Below are positions 23,520-35,300 of a stretch of DNA of 64,000 bases, in pieces. The position numbers were made by a program, and so were the translations under genes. This DNA comes from Hormiphora californensis (Eukaryota; Animalia; Ctenophora). The DNA lies in the NCBI GenBank assembly GCA_020137815.1, contig CM035350.1, positions 2,666,001-2,730,000 on the forward strand, written 5' to 3'. Each line of letters begins with the position of its first letter. Position 1 is the first letter of the stretch. The notes beneath the pieces are model-generated. The model made no database searches. It had not been told where the DNA came from and saw nothing but the letters and a program-made list of their open reading frames with translations.

Positions 23520-26500
23520 ATGGGTAAAGCAACAAACACAACGACATCCAGACGTTCTACACGACTTGCTAAGGTAAACATAATTTTACATTAACCCCCC
23601 CCCTCTGACCCTTCATTTCACTGTCATCCCATTTCAGAGGGCCTCCTCTTCAGCTAAGTCTAGTGATGAGGATGGAGATGGACCACCTAAACCACCTCCC
23701 CTTATCCCCATCGACTCCTCGTAAGTTGTAACCACATTCGGCTGCGGAAAACCACCCGGGCGGCTGTCATGCTGCGGTGCTGATTCGGTAGACTGGGTCA
23801 GAGTGGCGCGCATTAGTGAAAAGTGCACCATTTCAGCACTTACTGCGGCAGGCCCCGCGCGCACGCCCTTCTCACACACATCTCAGCTGTGAATATCAAT
23901 TGGATTACACCAATCTGCAGTGTATGTCTCATGTCGGGGCAGTACAGCTGTGACGTAATAATGACGTCATCAATTCACAGGTCAGATGATGAAGGCACCA
24001 GGACCGAGCGATATAACTGGAGCTGATGAATCTAACAAAGGTAAAACACACACTACTAATGGATTGGTAATTAAAACATCAATAAATAATATCACTAATA
24101 CTCTACCCCCAGATCGTGACTGTTCAATATGTCTGATGGACGCTGTTCAGCCTGTCCGAACACCCTGTCGCCACATTTTCTGTTATCTCTGTATCAAGGT
24201 CAGTAGAGACGGGTCAAGTAAGACAAGTCAATAGCTGGGATGTGTACGTGCCATGCGTGGTAAAGGTCAAGTAAATTACCTTCGATCAGTAAGACCCCCC
24301 TCTGACCCTCCTCCACAATTCTTGTTTTAACAGATCCAACTCCCTGGTCTCTCCCAACACTCCTGTGTTCTCCTGTGCCCTCCTGGCTAGATATGGTAGG
24401 ACGGCCTCCACAGGGCCCCACGCCACCGCTTTGAACACCCTGTACCCCCGGGCACCAAGCTGGAATGTAGTCGGATCACACAGTCCATACAGCTGGCCAA
24501 AATGAACTGCTCCCTTGTCCAAACCCTGAACTCGAAGTGCCTCGATCAGTATCCGTACAGTTTCCTCGTTGTGACTCCCTGCCAACAGGGAGCAGTGTCC
24601 CTCCTTAACTAATGGTAGTAGAACCTCTGTTAGGGTAGTGTTGTATGCCATGTCTGTGTCTGGTTTCGTCTCCTGAACCGGGTCAGGATACCCCATCTCC
24701 TCTGCCCGGGCCCGCTCTTGCACCATGTACGCACCCCTGACCAACTTTACACCCAGTATATAACCATGTGTAACGGCATCACCCGTGTGTTGGAGCACCG
24801 TCCCTGGGGTGCGTTTTAGATAGCACTGGTAGGTGTTCGAGATTAGTGCATCTGTCTTGTTGTACCTTCTCATGAGGTGGAGTGTATAATAATCTATAGC
24901 GGGTTGGAGGTATGTCTGCTCCGCGTCTATCATTATCCGAACATCCAACTCCCGGGTTTTGTCTCCAATCTGGGAGAGTCTGTCCATCAGCCGTTTACCT
25001 GCTGCTTTTATCTCGGGTGTTATCTCTGGCACTGTAGACAGTTGTACCCGACCCTCCATAACGGCATCCTGTAGGGAGATAAGATCTTTTTTCCCTGCCA
25101 TTTCTATTTCATGTATTTCTATTTCATGTATTTGTCCACTCTCATGTAGCTGCCTCACTCTCTCTAAAATCACCGTGACTTGATTTAAAAACTGTGGTGT
25201 CGTGAGTCCTGTGATTTTGAAGGACGAATAAGGTCTGGTATCTGTCACTTCTTTTGAGGATTCCAGCACCTCAAGAATTGTGGTCAGGTTACCATGGCAA
25301 CCCTCCTCGGTACCTTCATCTGATCCCTCTAGATCCGCTTCTGCAGAGTAATTCAGTAAAGATTGGACTCCGTGAGATGAGAGCCTCTCCACACACGGTC
25401 TCAGCTCACTCACAGTCTCTCCCCCGGCAAACTGTCCGTAGAAGCTACCCTTCATCACCATTGTGAATATCTTCCGACCCAGAACTCGCCGGCTAATCCT
25501 CATGAGTCGCTCTGAGTTTTCCACAAACACGTTGTATGTGCAGAGTTTGAGTAGGACAAGGGACCGGACCAAACCGAGATTTGACACCGAGGCATACGTT
25601 GTTTTGGTATCCCGGAAATCTAAGGTGTCTGCAGGGTAGTTTGGAAGGGCAGTGGTTGTTGTCATGGGTTTGTTGCTACGTGGCGGGGTTACCATGGCAA
25701 TGGACGGTTTCTGGACAACAGACCTTACCATAGTTGGGGGTCGCCCACGTACCATTCGCTTCATAGCTCTCTGCAAGAATGTTAATCATCTGAACCTTGC
25801 TAATGCAATACATCATGATATTACATGATACATCATGATATACAATACATCATGATATTACATGATACATCATGATATTACAGGGTTTACTAACATGATA
25901 TTGTTACAGGGTGTACTGCAAAGTACAGGTACGGGTACGTGTGCACTGTGTAGGGCAGCAATACCACGGGATTTCCTGACTCGACCGGAAATGGTAGATT
26001 TGAGTAACAGTTCACAATCTGACGGCGAGGATGAGTGGACTTGGTTTTATGAAGGTAATCACTTAATTAGCAAGTAATTACTAATTATTAGATCTAATTA
26101 GCTCTCTTTTCCCATGCTCTGTTTTGCGGGCAAGCGGTTCGCTCAATAAAAATGATATCAGCATTTGGATACACGTTCAGACCCCGTAGAATACTAGAAT
26201 CTAAAAACCCTAGTAACACGGAGCATCAGAGCGTTTCACCTTAGCTGCAAACCCTTAAAAATATAAATAGTTATAATATCTATAATCCAGTTTAAATGTC
26301 CAGTGCCGCAAGTGCTCTGATGCTCATAAATCTGATCACAAAACCTAGCAACTAATGTATCATCAGTCCCACAGACTCAAATCACCACCTCCACCACCTA
26401 ACCGTATTATTACTAGGTCGAAGTGGTGGGTGGTGGCAGTATGATGCAAGGACATCAGCGGATATTGAGAAAGCATTCCAAGATGACGCGGACAAGGAAA

Positions 26501-26959
26501 TAGAGCTACTGATAGCAGGCTTCATCTACATTATAGATCTAGCCGCTATGGTGAGAGAGAGAGATACAATGATTGGTACCATAATCATATTACGACAGTT
26601 TGATAAACAGAAGGAAGTGCCATGCTTTGTTTACACGGACGGGTCATGATAACCAGTTTTTATAACCGGTTATTTTGACCTGTTGTACGTGCATTAGCTT
26701 GTTTAGATTGGCATATCCAGGGCCATATATCCATGATAGCATTAAATTTTATAAGATATAATATCCTCTACCTCCCATCCTGCAGGTCCAACAACGAAAG
26801 TGTGCGCCCCACATTCAGCGTCGTATCAAGCGAGACAAGAATATTCCTGACAAGAAGGGAGTCGCTGGGATAACCAAAAAACACAGAAACAGACAAACAA
26901 ACAAACCTCCAGCTGCCACTAATAATGCCAACGACTCAGGGGACGGGACCCCAGTGTGA
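23520..26959 (+). CDS. RNF146: RING-WWE poly(ADP-ribose)-dependent E3 ligase RNF146/Iduna, 7 exons
   Basis: Exons 23520-23573, 23638-23720, 23981-24040 (1-nt slip), 24113-24198, 25910-26054, 26417-26550, 26786-26959. RING CSICL..PVRTPCRHIFCYLCIK|GV..CALCR; WWE WFYEG|RSGGWWQYD..ELLIAGFIYIIDL..M|VQ..RRIKRD..KKGVAG. Confidence 0.9.
24286..25764 (-). CDS. PRODH: Mitochondrial proline dehydrogenase, intronless, nested antisense in RNF146 intron 4
   Basis: SFYGQFAGGET, IMIDAEQTYLQPAID, NTYQCYLK, GVKLVRGAYM, GSHNEETV, FGQLYGL, LPYLARRAQEN; basic N-terminal presequence; ATG 25764 lies 6 nt after a TTCTTGCAG acceptor. Confidence 0.95.
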   Translation of the reverse strand: MKRMVRGRPPTMVRSVVQKPSIAMVTPPRSNKPMTTTTALPNYPADTLDFRDTKTTYASVSNLGLVRSLVLLKLCTYNVFVENSERLMRISRRVLGRKIFTMVMKGSFYGQFAGGETVSELRPCVERLSSHGVQSLLNYSAEADLEGSDEGTEEGCHGNLTTILEVLESSKEVTDTRPYSSFKITGLTTPQFLNQVTVILERVRQLHESGQIHEIEIHEIEMAGKKDLISLQDAVMEGRVQLSTVPEITPEIKAAGKRLMDRLSQIGDKTRELDVRIMIDAEQTYLQPAIDYYTLHLMRRYNKTDALISNTYQCYLKRTPGTVLQHTGDAVTHGYILGVKLVRGAYMVQERARAEEMGYPDPVQETKPDTDMAYNTTLTEVLLPLVKEGHCSLLAGSHNEETVRILIEALRVQGLDKGAVHFGQLYGLCDPTTFQLGARGYRVFKAVAWGPVEAVLPYLARRAQENTGVLGETRELDLLKQELWRRVRGGSY

Positions 26960-27017
26960 AGAGATGTAGTCTGGGTAGCTGCCATCAGAAATAATAACTG
27001 GATAAATTTGTAAAGGG

Positions 27018-27190
27018 AGTGTAAACTCTGTATGTAGTGAGCATGTAGTGAGTGTAAACTCTGGGTGCTGAGTGTTATAGTGAGTGTAAACTCTGTATGC
27101 TGAGTGTAGTGAGTGTAAACTCTGGGTGCTGAGTGTTATAGTGAATGTAAACTCTGTATGCCGAGTGTAGTGTGAGTGTATTGAGTGTTC
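27018..27190. repeat. Short degenerate tandem repeat (GAGTGTAAACTCTG core) in the RNF146 3' region
   Basis: About 5 copies of AGTGAGTGTAAACTCTG(T/G)(A/G)TG(C/T)TGAG. Confidence 0.7.
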
Positions 27191-27556
27191 TCTGTTGTCG
27201 TGTGGGCGTGTTTGGAACCCTATGTTTGCTAACTTATTACCTGCACATCAATTGTTTTAGAATCTTTTTACTTCCATAATATAAAGAAAACGGTCCAATG
27301 AAAAGAGGGCTGCCTGAAAATCAGATGTTTGTTTTTATCTTCAAATTGTAATTGTGTATATATTTAGCCCCCATTTAGCCTGACATGTTATTATTATATG
27401 TTATCCATTCACTACGTGATGATGTTAATATTCTAGCCGGGCCGTAGCCCTTCCCACATCTAGCCCCTCTCCCGTAGCCCTTCCCACATCTTGAACCTCT
27501 CCCCCACTCTCTCTGTGTATACTACCCTAATCACACCGCCAATTCTCTTTAGCAGT

Positions 27557-28893
27557 ATGACAAGTGTCCAAGACCCTGTTGTTTCGGAAACCATCGTCCC
27601 TGTCAATGAAACCATCGTCCCTGTCAATGAAACCATCGTCCCTGTCAATGGAATCGTCCCTGGGAATGAAACCATCGTCCCTGTTGATAAGACTGCAGAG
27701 GAGGCGGGTTCCAATGATGTTCTACTGACAACACAATTAGACACGGCCCCTGGTGATGAAACATCAACGAATCAGGAAGATATACGTACGGAGCCGTCCA
27801 ACACTGTGGATACAGAAGTAGTGGAGAAACCACAGCAACCGTCTGAAGAATCTGCTCCTTCATCAAAACAATTATCTGATAACACTGCTCCTATCCAATC
27901 AGAGACGAACAACAAGCGTCCCCTTGACAACGAACAGTCTCAGGACAAAGAGGAATCGTCTCCCTCCAGAAAGCGGCCCCTGGTTCGTCCCCCGGAAGTG
28001 GCCCCTCCCAGCTGCTACCCTGCTGGACTGGCCAGGATGCGGGAGATCATAGAGAAATATGCCATTACCACCTCCCCAACGGGTGCCCGGGCAGACCTCA
28101 CCAAGCCTCTCTGTAACATATTCCTCCGAGGATGGCGTCTCTCCGCTCAGTTTCCCAAGGTATGCAGCAGTCAGGGTAAAGCTACCATTCTGGAGGTCCT
28201 CCGGAGGGTAGTGGAGGGGTTGTGGGACGAGCGGTTACTCCAAGTTCCCGGTCTCAGGGGTGATATTAACGTGGTGGAGATGGTAGTGGAAGAGATCAGG
28301 AGGGACAACACCCGACTATTCTCCCAAACCCCACCCACTCTAACTGTACTACTGACGGAGAAGCTGTTTGATTGGTACTACCGTGCCGCTCGGCTATCCC
28401 ACAAGCCAGGTAAACCTGGGTAGTTCGACTCAACAGTGGGAGAAACTAAAGACTGAACTGGGGGTGAACACTAACAGCGAGCTGGCATCACTCCTTATCC
28501 ACTGCTACAAATCGTGGGAGAGTGTGGGGTGTGGTCGGTGTAGGAGGCACATGCAGGTCGGTATGGAGGGTGTCACCGGTCGGGCTCTCCAGAACTCAAT
28601 CTGTATCGTATCGTGTAGCTGTGGGAAGGACACGAGTGGTGGGTTCATGATAGCATGTGATAATTGTACCAAGTGGCAGCACGGAGTGTGTGTTAATGTC
28701 ACCCCCGATACCGTTCCCCTCCAGTATTACTGTCCGAGGTGTACTGCTGCTAAGAAGAGGTCTGAAGTGGCCCGCGTGAAGGATGGGGATGGTGGGTCGG
28801 AGAGTGGAGATAGTGTGACGAGTTGCGGGAACAATGAGCTTGTATTCTACCGACGACAGTGAGCCAGAGGTGATCAACATTGATAGTGATTAG
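27557..28893 (+). CDS. PHD-finger protein (ORFs 27491..28423 and 28368..28862 joined across indels)
   Basis: ETIVPVN repeats and acidic N-terminus; VNLGSSTQQWEKLKTELGVNTNSELASLLIHCY motif; PHD CSCGKDTSGGFMIACDNCTKWQHGVCV..YYCPRC. A second slip near 28843 gives an acidic tail ending at 28893. Confidence 0.65.
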
Positions 28894-29358
28894 GGGGACG
28901 TCATGCGAGCCACATCATGGTATGTGTATTGTAGACTTTTAAAGGGGGAGGGGAACCAGATTACTGACCCAGAGATATCAGCATTTTTATCATCGCACTG
29001 CACTGTTCAGAATTCTGGCGTATCAGCTAAAGGAGTACTAGGTCTGTTTGGGTGATCAAATATTATACACGTGATATTTTACTTTACTTTTACTTTTATT
29101 TATTTATTTTACAAACGATAAATCCAGGTTTTTACAATAATTATCGAAATACCAAAATATAATACATAATTGGGGACATAATTACTAGGTACATTTCAAG
29201 ATCGCCCAATCATGGCTACTCGAAACGCTCTCTCCCTCGGCCCTCTCTATCTCTCTCTATACTACATAAACTCATAATTTCATTCGGATTATGGTTCAGA
29301 TGCATACCACTAAAGTCATTATTGAGGGTTTAGTTATGGTGTTTAGATCTGGATATTA

Positions 29359-32300
29359 TCAGATTTCAGAATATTTTGGCGGCTCACGGCCATTTATCCT
29401 AAACTTGGATCGCATTGGAGGGGTCTCAGAGTCCCGCTCAGTCTGACCCCCTCTGTCGATAGCTTCATTTGAAATCCCATGTTGTTCACCTTCTTCCTTT
29501 TCACAGCAGCAACACTCACAACAACTCTTACATCTCCTAAACTGTCTTCTAATACATTTCAAGGTTGCCAGAATCTTGCTGATCACAAAGAACACTACTG
29601 ACCCAATAACGAGGTAGAATATGATTGAGATGGCCATGATGGTAGTTTTTGCCGAGTTCTTACTTCCTGTAAACCAACTGGCGGGATTCATATACTTTTT
29701 CCAGGTTCTAATACTTGTCAGAGAGGGGGCAAAGCCCTCCTCAAATTCAACCTCTTTAGTGTCATCTATATTGATGTCTTCCACCCTAGAGAATTAGAAT
29801 GGTGAGGGAGAGAGGAGTTACTGGTTTAGTGTCTTAATGGTATCTTAACGACCTATCCTATTTAATTGATGGCAGCTGTGTTTATTACACATGATTTTAC
29901 AAATTTGTAAAGGAGGGTTAGAATACATAACACATATAACAAGCTGGTGTATAACACTCACTTTTCTTCCTCTATCACGGTACACGTCACATCAACACAC
30001 TGTCGTTCCTGGTTGTCATTCCAAAGGACAGACAAACACACAGACAGGGTTTCCGTTTCAGCACAGTCTGTTGTCAGTGGTTGCAGATGTCGATAAGGTT
30101 CTGTTTGGTCCGGTGGTATTACCAGGGTAAAGGTTTCGTTCCCCACCTCCCCAAGTAACTTCCCAACTCCTCCGAATATCAAAATGGCTATGTACCTGGA
30201 GTTTGGTTTGAAATTGAAAGATAAAAATGAAACCAGGGCCTTTGTCTGTCTGTCTGTAACTTTGTAATTCAACTCACTTGTTCGAACTAGAATCGTGTGT
30301 GTACTCCCCGGTGAAAGAATCAAACTTAGAGATTTCCCTCACAAATGTCAAATCATAGCTACCATCGGGCAGTTTAACAGTAACCCCCAGTTTCAGTTTG
30401 GTACTACGTTTACGAATCACAACTTGCTCTTCCGTAGGGTATCGCTTTGCCTCCAGTATGCTTTCCCTGTGCTTTTCTGCGAGTGTCTTGGCGCTGCATT
30501 GGAAAAATGTTGGACTGAGTTCAAAGTAAACAAACTAACCGGTTTCTCAACATCAAGAAGGTATACCTTCTCCCCTATAAAAATCGAGCAAAGGAATCTG
30601 TCAGGCCTATGCTCTCATAGAGAGGTATAGTCATTCTGATTCACATACATCTCACTTACCCCCGGGGGTATATCCCTTCAAAATCGTTGAACCTAATGGC
30701 TTCCCTAACCTTCATAGTACCAGAATCACAGCTCAGAACAGTGATATCAATGGCATCCTTTACTTCCTGTTCCTTCCAGTCCAACCCCTTCTCAGTGTAC
30801 TTCATCCAGCCTGGAAGAGGGACAATTGTAATCAGGAACAGACCGACACAAGTAAACATTAAACAACCAATCAGAACTCGTTATTTAGGTGACGTGACTG
30901 GTTATTAGCCAATCAGGGACCAGTAGGACTTGTAATACAAACTGACAGCATAATGTGCAGTATACTGTGCAGCTGTACAGCATACTGTGCTGCTTAGATT
31001 GAATGGCCAATCAAAATGGAGGATTTGGTAAGACTCTCACAAGACATTAAAGAGTCTTTAATAAAGACGTTACCAAGGCGATCGACGCTATATGAGAATC
31101 TATCATTGACATCCACATCTGTCATTATGTCCTCTGCATCTGGACCATCCAGACCAAAGAACCAATCCCCAAAGGATGAAGACTGGGATCCCTTGCTTTT
31201 ATCCGTTAGTATCAACTTAGGAAACTTGCCATGGTTTTTTAGTGCTCTGAAATGCGAACTTGAAGTAACAACCCGGTAAAAATTTGGGTAAATTTAACGT
31301 AATTATCGAGGTTTTGCAATCCTACCCATTGCTGAAAGCCAGGTAGGTTTGGTTCAGTAGTTTGTTGGATGTACGATCGTATTCCTCTATGCTGACATTC
31401 AACAATCTATCAGGATTTGTGTCTTCAATCTTGAAAGCTTCGTATATTCTCTCGGTAAACTTCGATCCTAAAAACATGTTATGACATTAACCGCAGAATA
31501 TTGATCATGGTTATCGAGGTAGTCATGAATTGGATTATCAAATCTGCCAGAGCATTGTCACAACCGGGACCCCTATCTAAGAAACTTTTCCACTTTGACC
31601 CACCTTATCTCTAAGAAACTTTCCCACTTTGACCCTCCTTATCTATAAGAAACTTTCCCACTTTGACCCTCCTTATCTTTAAGAAACTTTCCGACTTTGA
31701 CCCTCTTTATCTCTAAGAAACTTTCCCACTTTGACCCTCCTTATCTCTAAGAAACTTTCCCACTTTGACCCTCCTTATCTCTAAGAAACTTTCCCACTTT
31801 GACCCTCCTTATCTCTAAGAAACTTTCCCACTTTGACCCTCCTTATCTCTAAGAAACTTTCCCACTTTGACCCTCCTTATCTCTAAGAAACTTTCCCACT
31901 TTGACCCTCCTTATCTCTAAGAAACTTTCCCACTTTGACCCTCCTTATCTCTAAGAAACTTTCCCACTTTGACCCTCCTTATCTCTACGAAACTTTCCCA
32001 CTTTGACCCTCCTTATCTCTAAGAAACTTTCCCACTTTGACCCTCTTAATCTCTAAGAAACTTTCCCACTTTGACCCTCTTAATCTCTAAGAAACTTTCC
32101 CACTTTGAACCTCCTTATCTCTAAGAAACTTTCCCACTTTGACCCTCCTTATCTCTAAGAAACTTTCCCACTTTGACCCTCCTTATCTCTAAGAAACTTC
32201 CCCACTTTGACCCTCCTTATCTCTAAGAAACTTTCCCACTTTGACCCTCCGTATCTCTAAGAAACTAACCCACTTTGACCCTCTCAATCTCTAAGAAACT

Positions 32301-35300
32301 TTCCCACTTTGACCCTCCTTATCTCTAAGAAACTTTCCCACTTTGACCCTCCTTATCTCTAAGAAACTTTCCCACTTTGACCCTCCTTATCTCTAAGAAA
32401 CTTTCCCACTTTGACCCTCCTTATCTCTAAGAAACTTTCCCACTTTGACCCTCCTTATCTCTAAGAAACTTTCCCACTTTGACCCTCCTTATCTCTATGA
32501 AACTTTCCCACTTTGACCCTCCTTATCTCTAAGAAACTTTCCCACTTTGACCCTCCTTATCTCTAAGAAACTTTCCCACATTGACCCTCCTTATCTCTAA
32601 GAAACTTTCCCACTTTGACCCTCCTTATCTCTAAGAAACCTTCCCACTTTGACCCTCCTTATCTCTAAGAAACTTTCCCACTTTGACCCTATCTCTACGA
32701 AACTTTCCCACTTTGACCCTCCTTATCTCTAAGAAACCTTCCCACTTTGACCCTCCTTATCTCTAAGAAACTTTCCCACTTTGACCCTCCTTATCTCTAA
32801 GAAACTTTCCCACTTTGACCCTCCTTATCTCTAAGAAACTTTCCCACTTTGACCCTCCTTATCTCTACGAAACTTTCCCACTTTGACCCTCCTTATCTCT
32901 AAGAAACTTTCCCACTTTGACCCTCCTTATCTCTAAGAAACTTTCCCACTTTTACCCTCCTTATCTCTAAGAAACTTTCCCACTTTGACCCTCCTTATCT
33001 CTACGAAACTTTCCCACTTTGACCCTCCTTATCTCTAAGAAACTTTCCCACTTTGACCCTCTTAATCTCTAAGAAACTTTCCCACTTTGACCCTCCTTAT
33101 CTCTAAGAAACTTTCCCACTTTGAACCTCCTTATCTCTAAGAAACTTTCCCACTTTGACCCTCCTTATCTCTAAGAAACTTTCCCACTTTTACCCTCCTT
33201 ATCTCTAAGAAACTTTCCCACTTTGACCCTCCTTATCTCTACGAAACTTTCCCACTTTGACCCTCCTTATCTCTAAGAAACTTTCCCACTTTGACCCTCT
33301 TAATCTCTAAGAAACTTTCCCACTTTGACCCTCCTTATCTCTAAGAAACTTTCCCACTTTGACCCTCCTTATCTCTAAGAAACTTTCCCACTTTTACCCT
33401 CCTTATCTCTAAGAAACTTTCCCACTTTGACCCTCCTTATCTCTACGAAACTTTCCCACTTTGACCCTCCTTATCTCTAAGAAACTTTCCCACTTTGACC
33501 CTCCTTATCTCTAAGAAACTAACCCACTTTGACCCTCTTAATCTCTAAGAAACTTTCCCACTTTGAACCTCCTTATCTCTAAGAAACTTTCCCACTTTGA
33601 CCCTCCTTATCTCTAAGAAACTTTCCCACTTTTACCCTCCTTATCTCTAAGAAACTTTCCCACTTTGACCCTCCTTATCTCTACGAAACTTTCCCACTTT
33701 GACCCTCCTTATCTCTAAGAAACTTTCCCACTTTGACCCTCTTAATCTCTAAGAAACTTTCCCACTTTGACCCTCCTTATCTCTAAGAAACTTTCCCACT
33801 TTGAACCTCCTTATCTCTAAGAAACTTTCCCACTTTGACCCTCCTTATCTCTAAGAAACTTCCCCACTTTGACCCTCCTTATCTCTAAGAAACTTTCCCA
33901 CTTTGACCCTCCGTATCTCTAAGAAACTAACCCACTTTGACCCTCTCAATCTCTAAGAAACTTTCCCACTTTGACCCTCCTTATCTCTAAGAAACTAACC
34001 CACTTTGACCCTCTTAATCTCTAAGAAACTTTCCCACTTTGACCCTCCTTATCTCTAAGAAACTTTCACAGTTTGACCCTCCTAATCTTTAAGAAACTTT
34101 CCCACTTTGACCCTCCTTATCTCTAAGAAACTTTCACAGTTTGACCCTCCTAATCTTTAAGAAACTTTCCCACTTTGACCCTCCTTATCTCTAAGAAACT
34201 TTCCCACTGCACTTTGACCCTCCTTATCTCTAAGAAACTTTCCCACTTTGAACCTCCTTATCTCTAAGAAACTTTCCCACTTTGACCCTCCTTATCTCTA
34301 AGAAACTTTCCCACTTTGACCCTCCTTATCTCTAAGAAACTTTCCCACTTTGAACCTCCTTATCTTTAAGAAACTTTCCCACTTTGACCCTCCTTATCTC
34401 TAAGAAACTTTCCCACCTTGACCCTTCTTATCTCTAAGAAACTTTCCCACTTTGACCCTCCTTATCTCTAATAAACTTTCCCACTGTGAACCTCCTTATC
34501 TCTAAGAAACTTTCCCACTTTGACCCTCCTTATCTTTAAGAAACTTTCCCACATCGACCCTCCTTATCTCTAAGAAACTTTCCCACTTTGAACCTCCTTA
34601 TCTCTAAGAAACTTTCCCACTGTGAACCTCCTTATCTCTAAGAAACTTTCCCACTTTGACCCTCCTTATCTTTAAGAAACTTTCCCACATTGACCCTCCT
34701 TATCTCTAAGAAACTTTCCCACCTTGACCCTTCTTATCTCTAAGAAACTTTCCCACTTTGACCCTCCTTATCTCTAAGAAACTTTCCCACTTTGAAACTC
34801 CTTATCTCTAAGAAACTTTCCCACTTTGAACCTCCTTATCTCTAAGAAACTTTCCCACTTTGAACCTCCTTATCTCTAAGAAACTTTCCCACATTGACCG
34901 TCCTTATCTCTAATTTGGTAATGAAATTCCCCCTCTGCGCTAGCTCACGGAGGGGTAATAATATCGCTTGTACGGCGGGAAAAAAATTCCTGTGTCCAAA
35001 CTACAAAACAGAAAGTTCTAATTTTTTGAACATACCGAGGAAATTGTCTGAGCTACCATTACATACCGGAATTTTTCGATATTTTGGCCATTAACACTGT
35101 TTTTGTTTTTGGAAAACTATGAAGATGCTGGAATTTGGCTACAAAAAGCTTCAGAAATGTGCAAAATGCCATTCCAAAGGTATTAGAGGTGGATTCATTG
35201 ATAACTAAGCTATAGTCGAGTCAGAATAAATTCCACAAGATTGGAATTTTATGCCCATATAAGGAGTTATGCGACACACCTCTGTTGTTAAACATGTGGT

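Noticed and set aside
31575-34914. CRISPR-like appearance of the 34-bp array (also the 41- and 32-bp arrays)
   Set aside because: Units are head-to-tail with no unique spacers, there are no cas genes, and the context is a eukaryotic intron.
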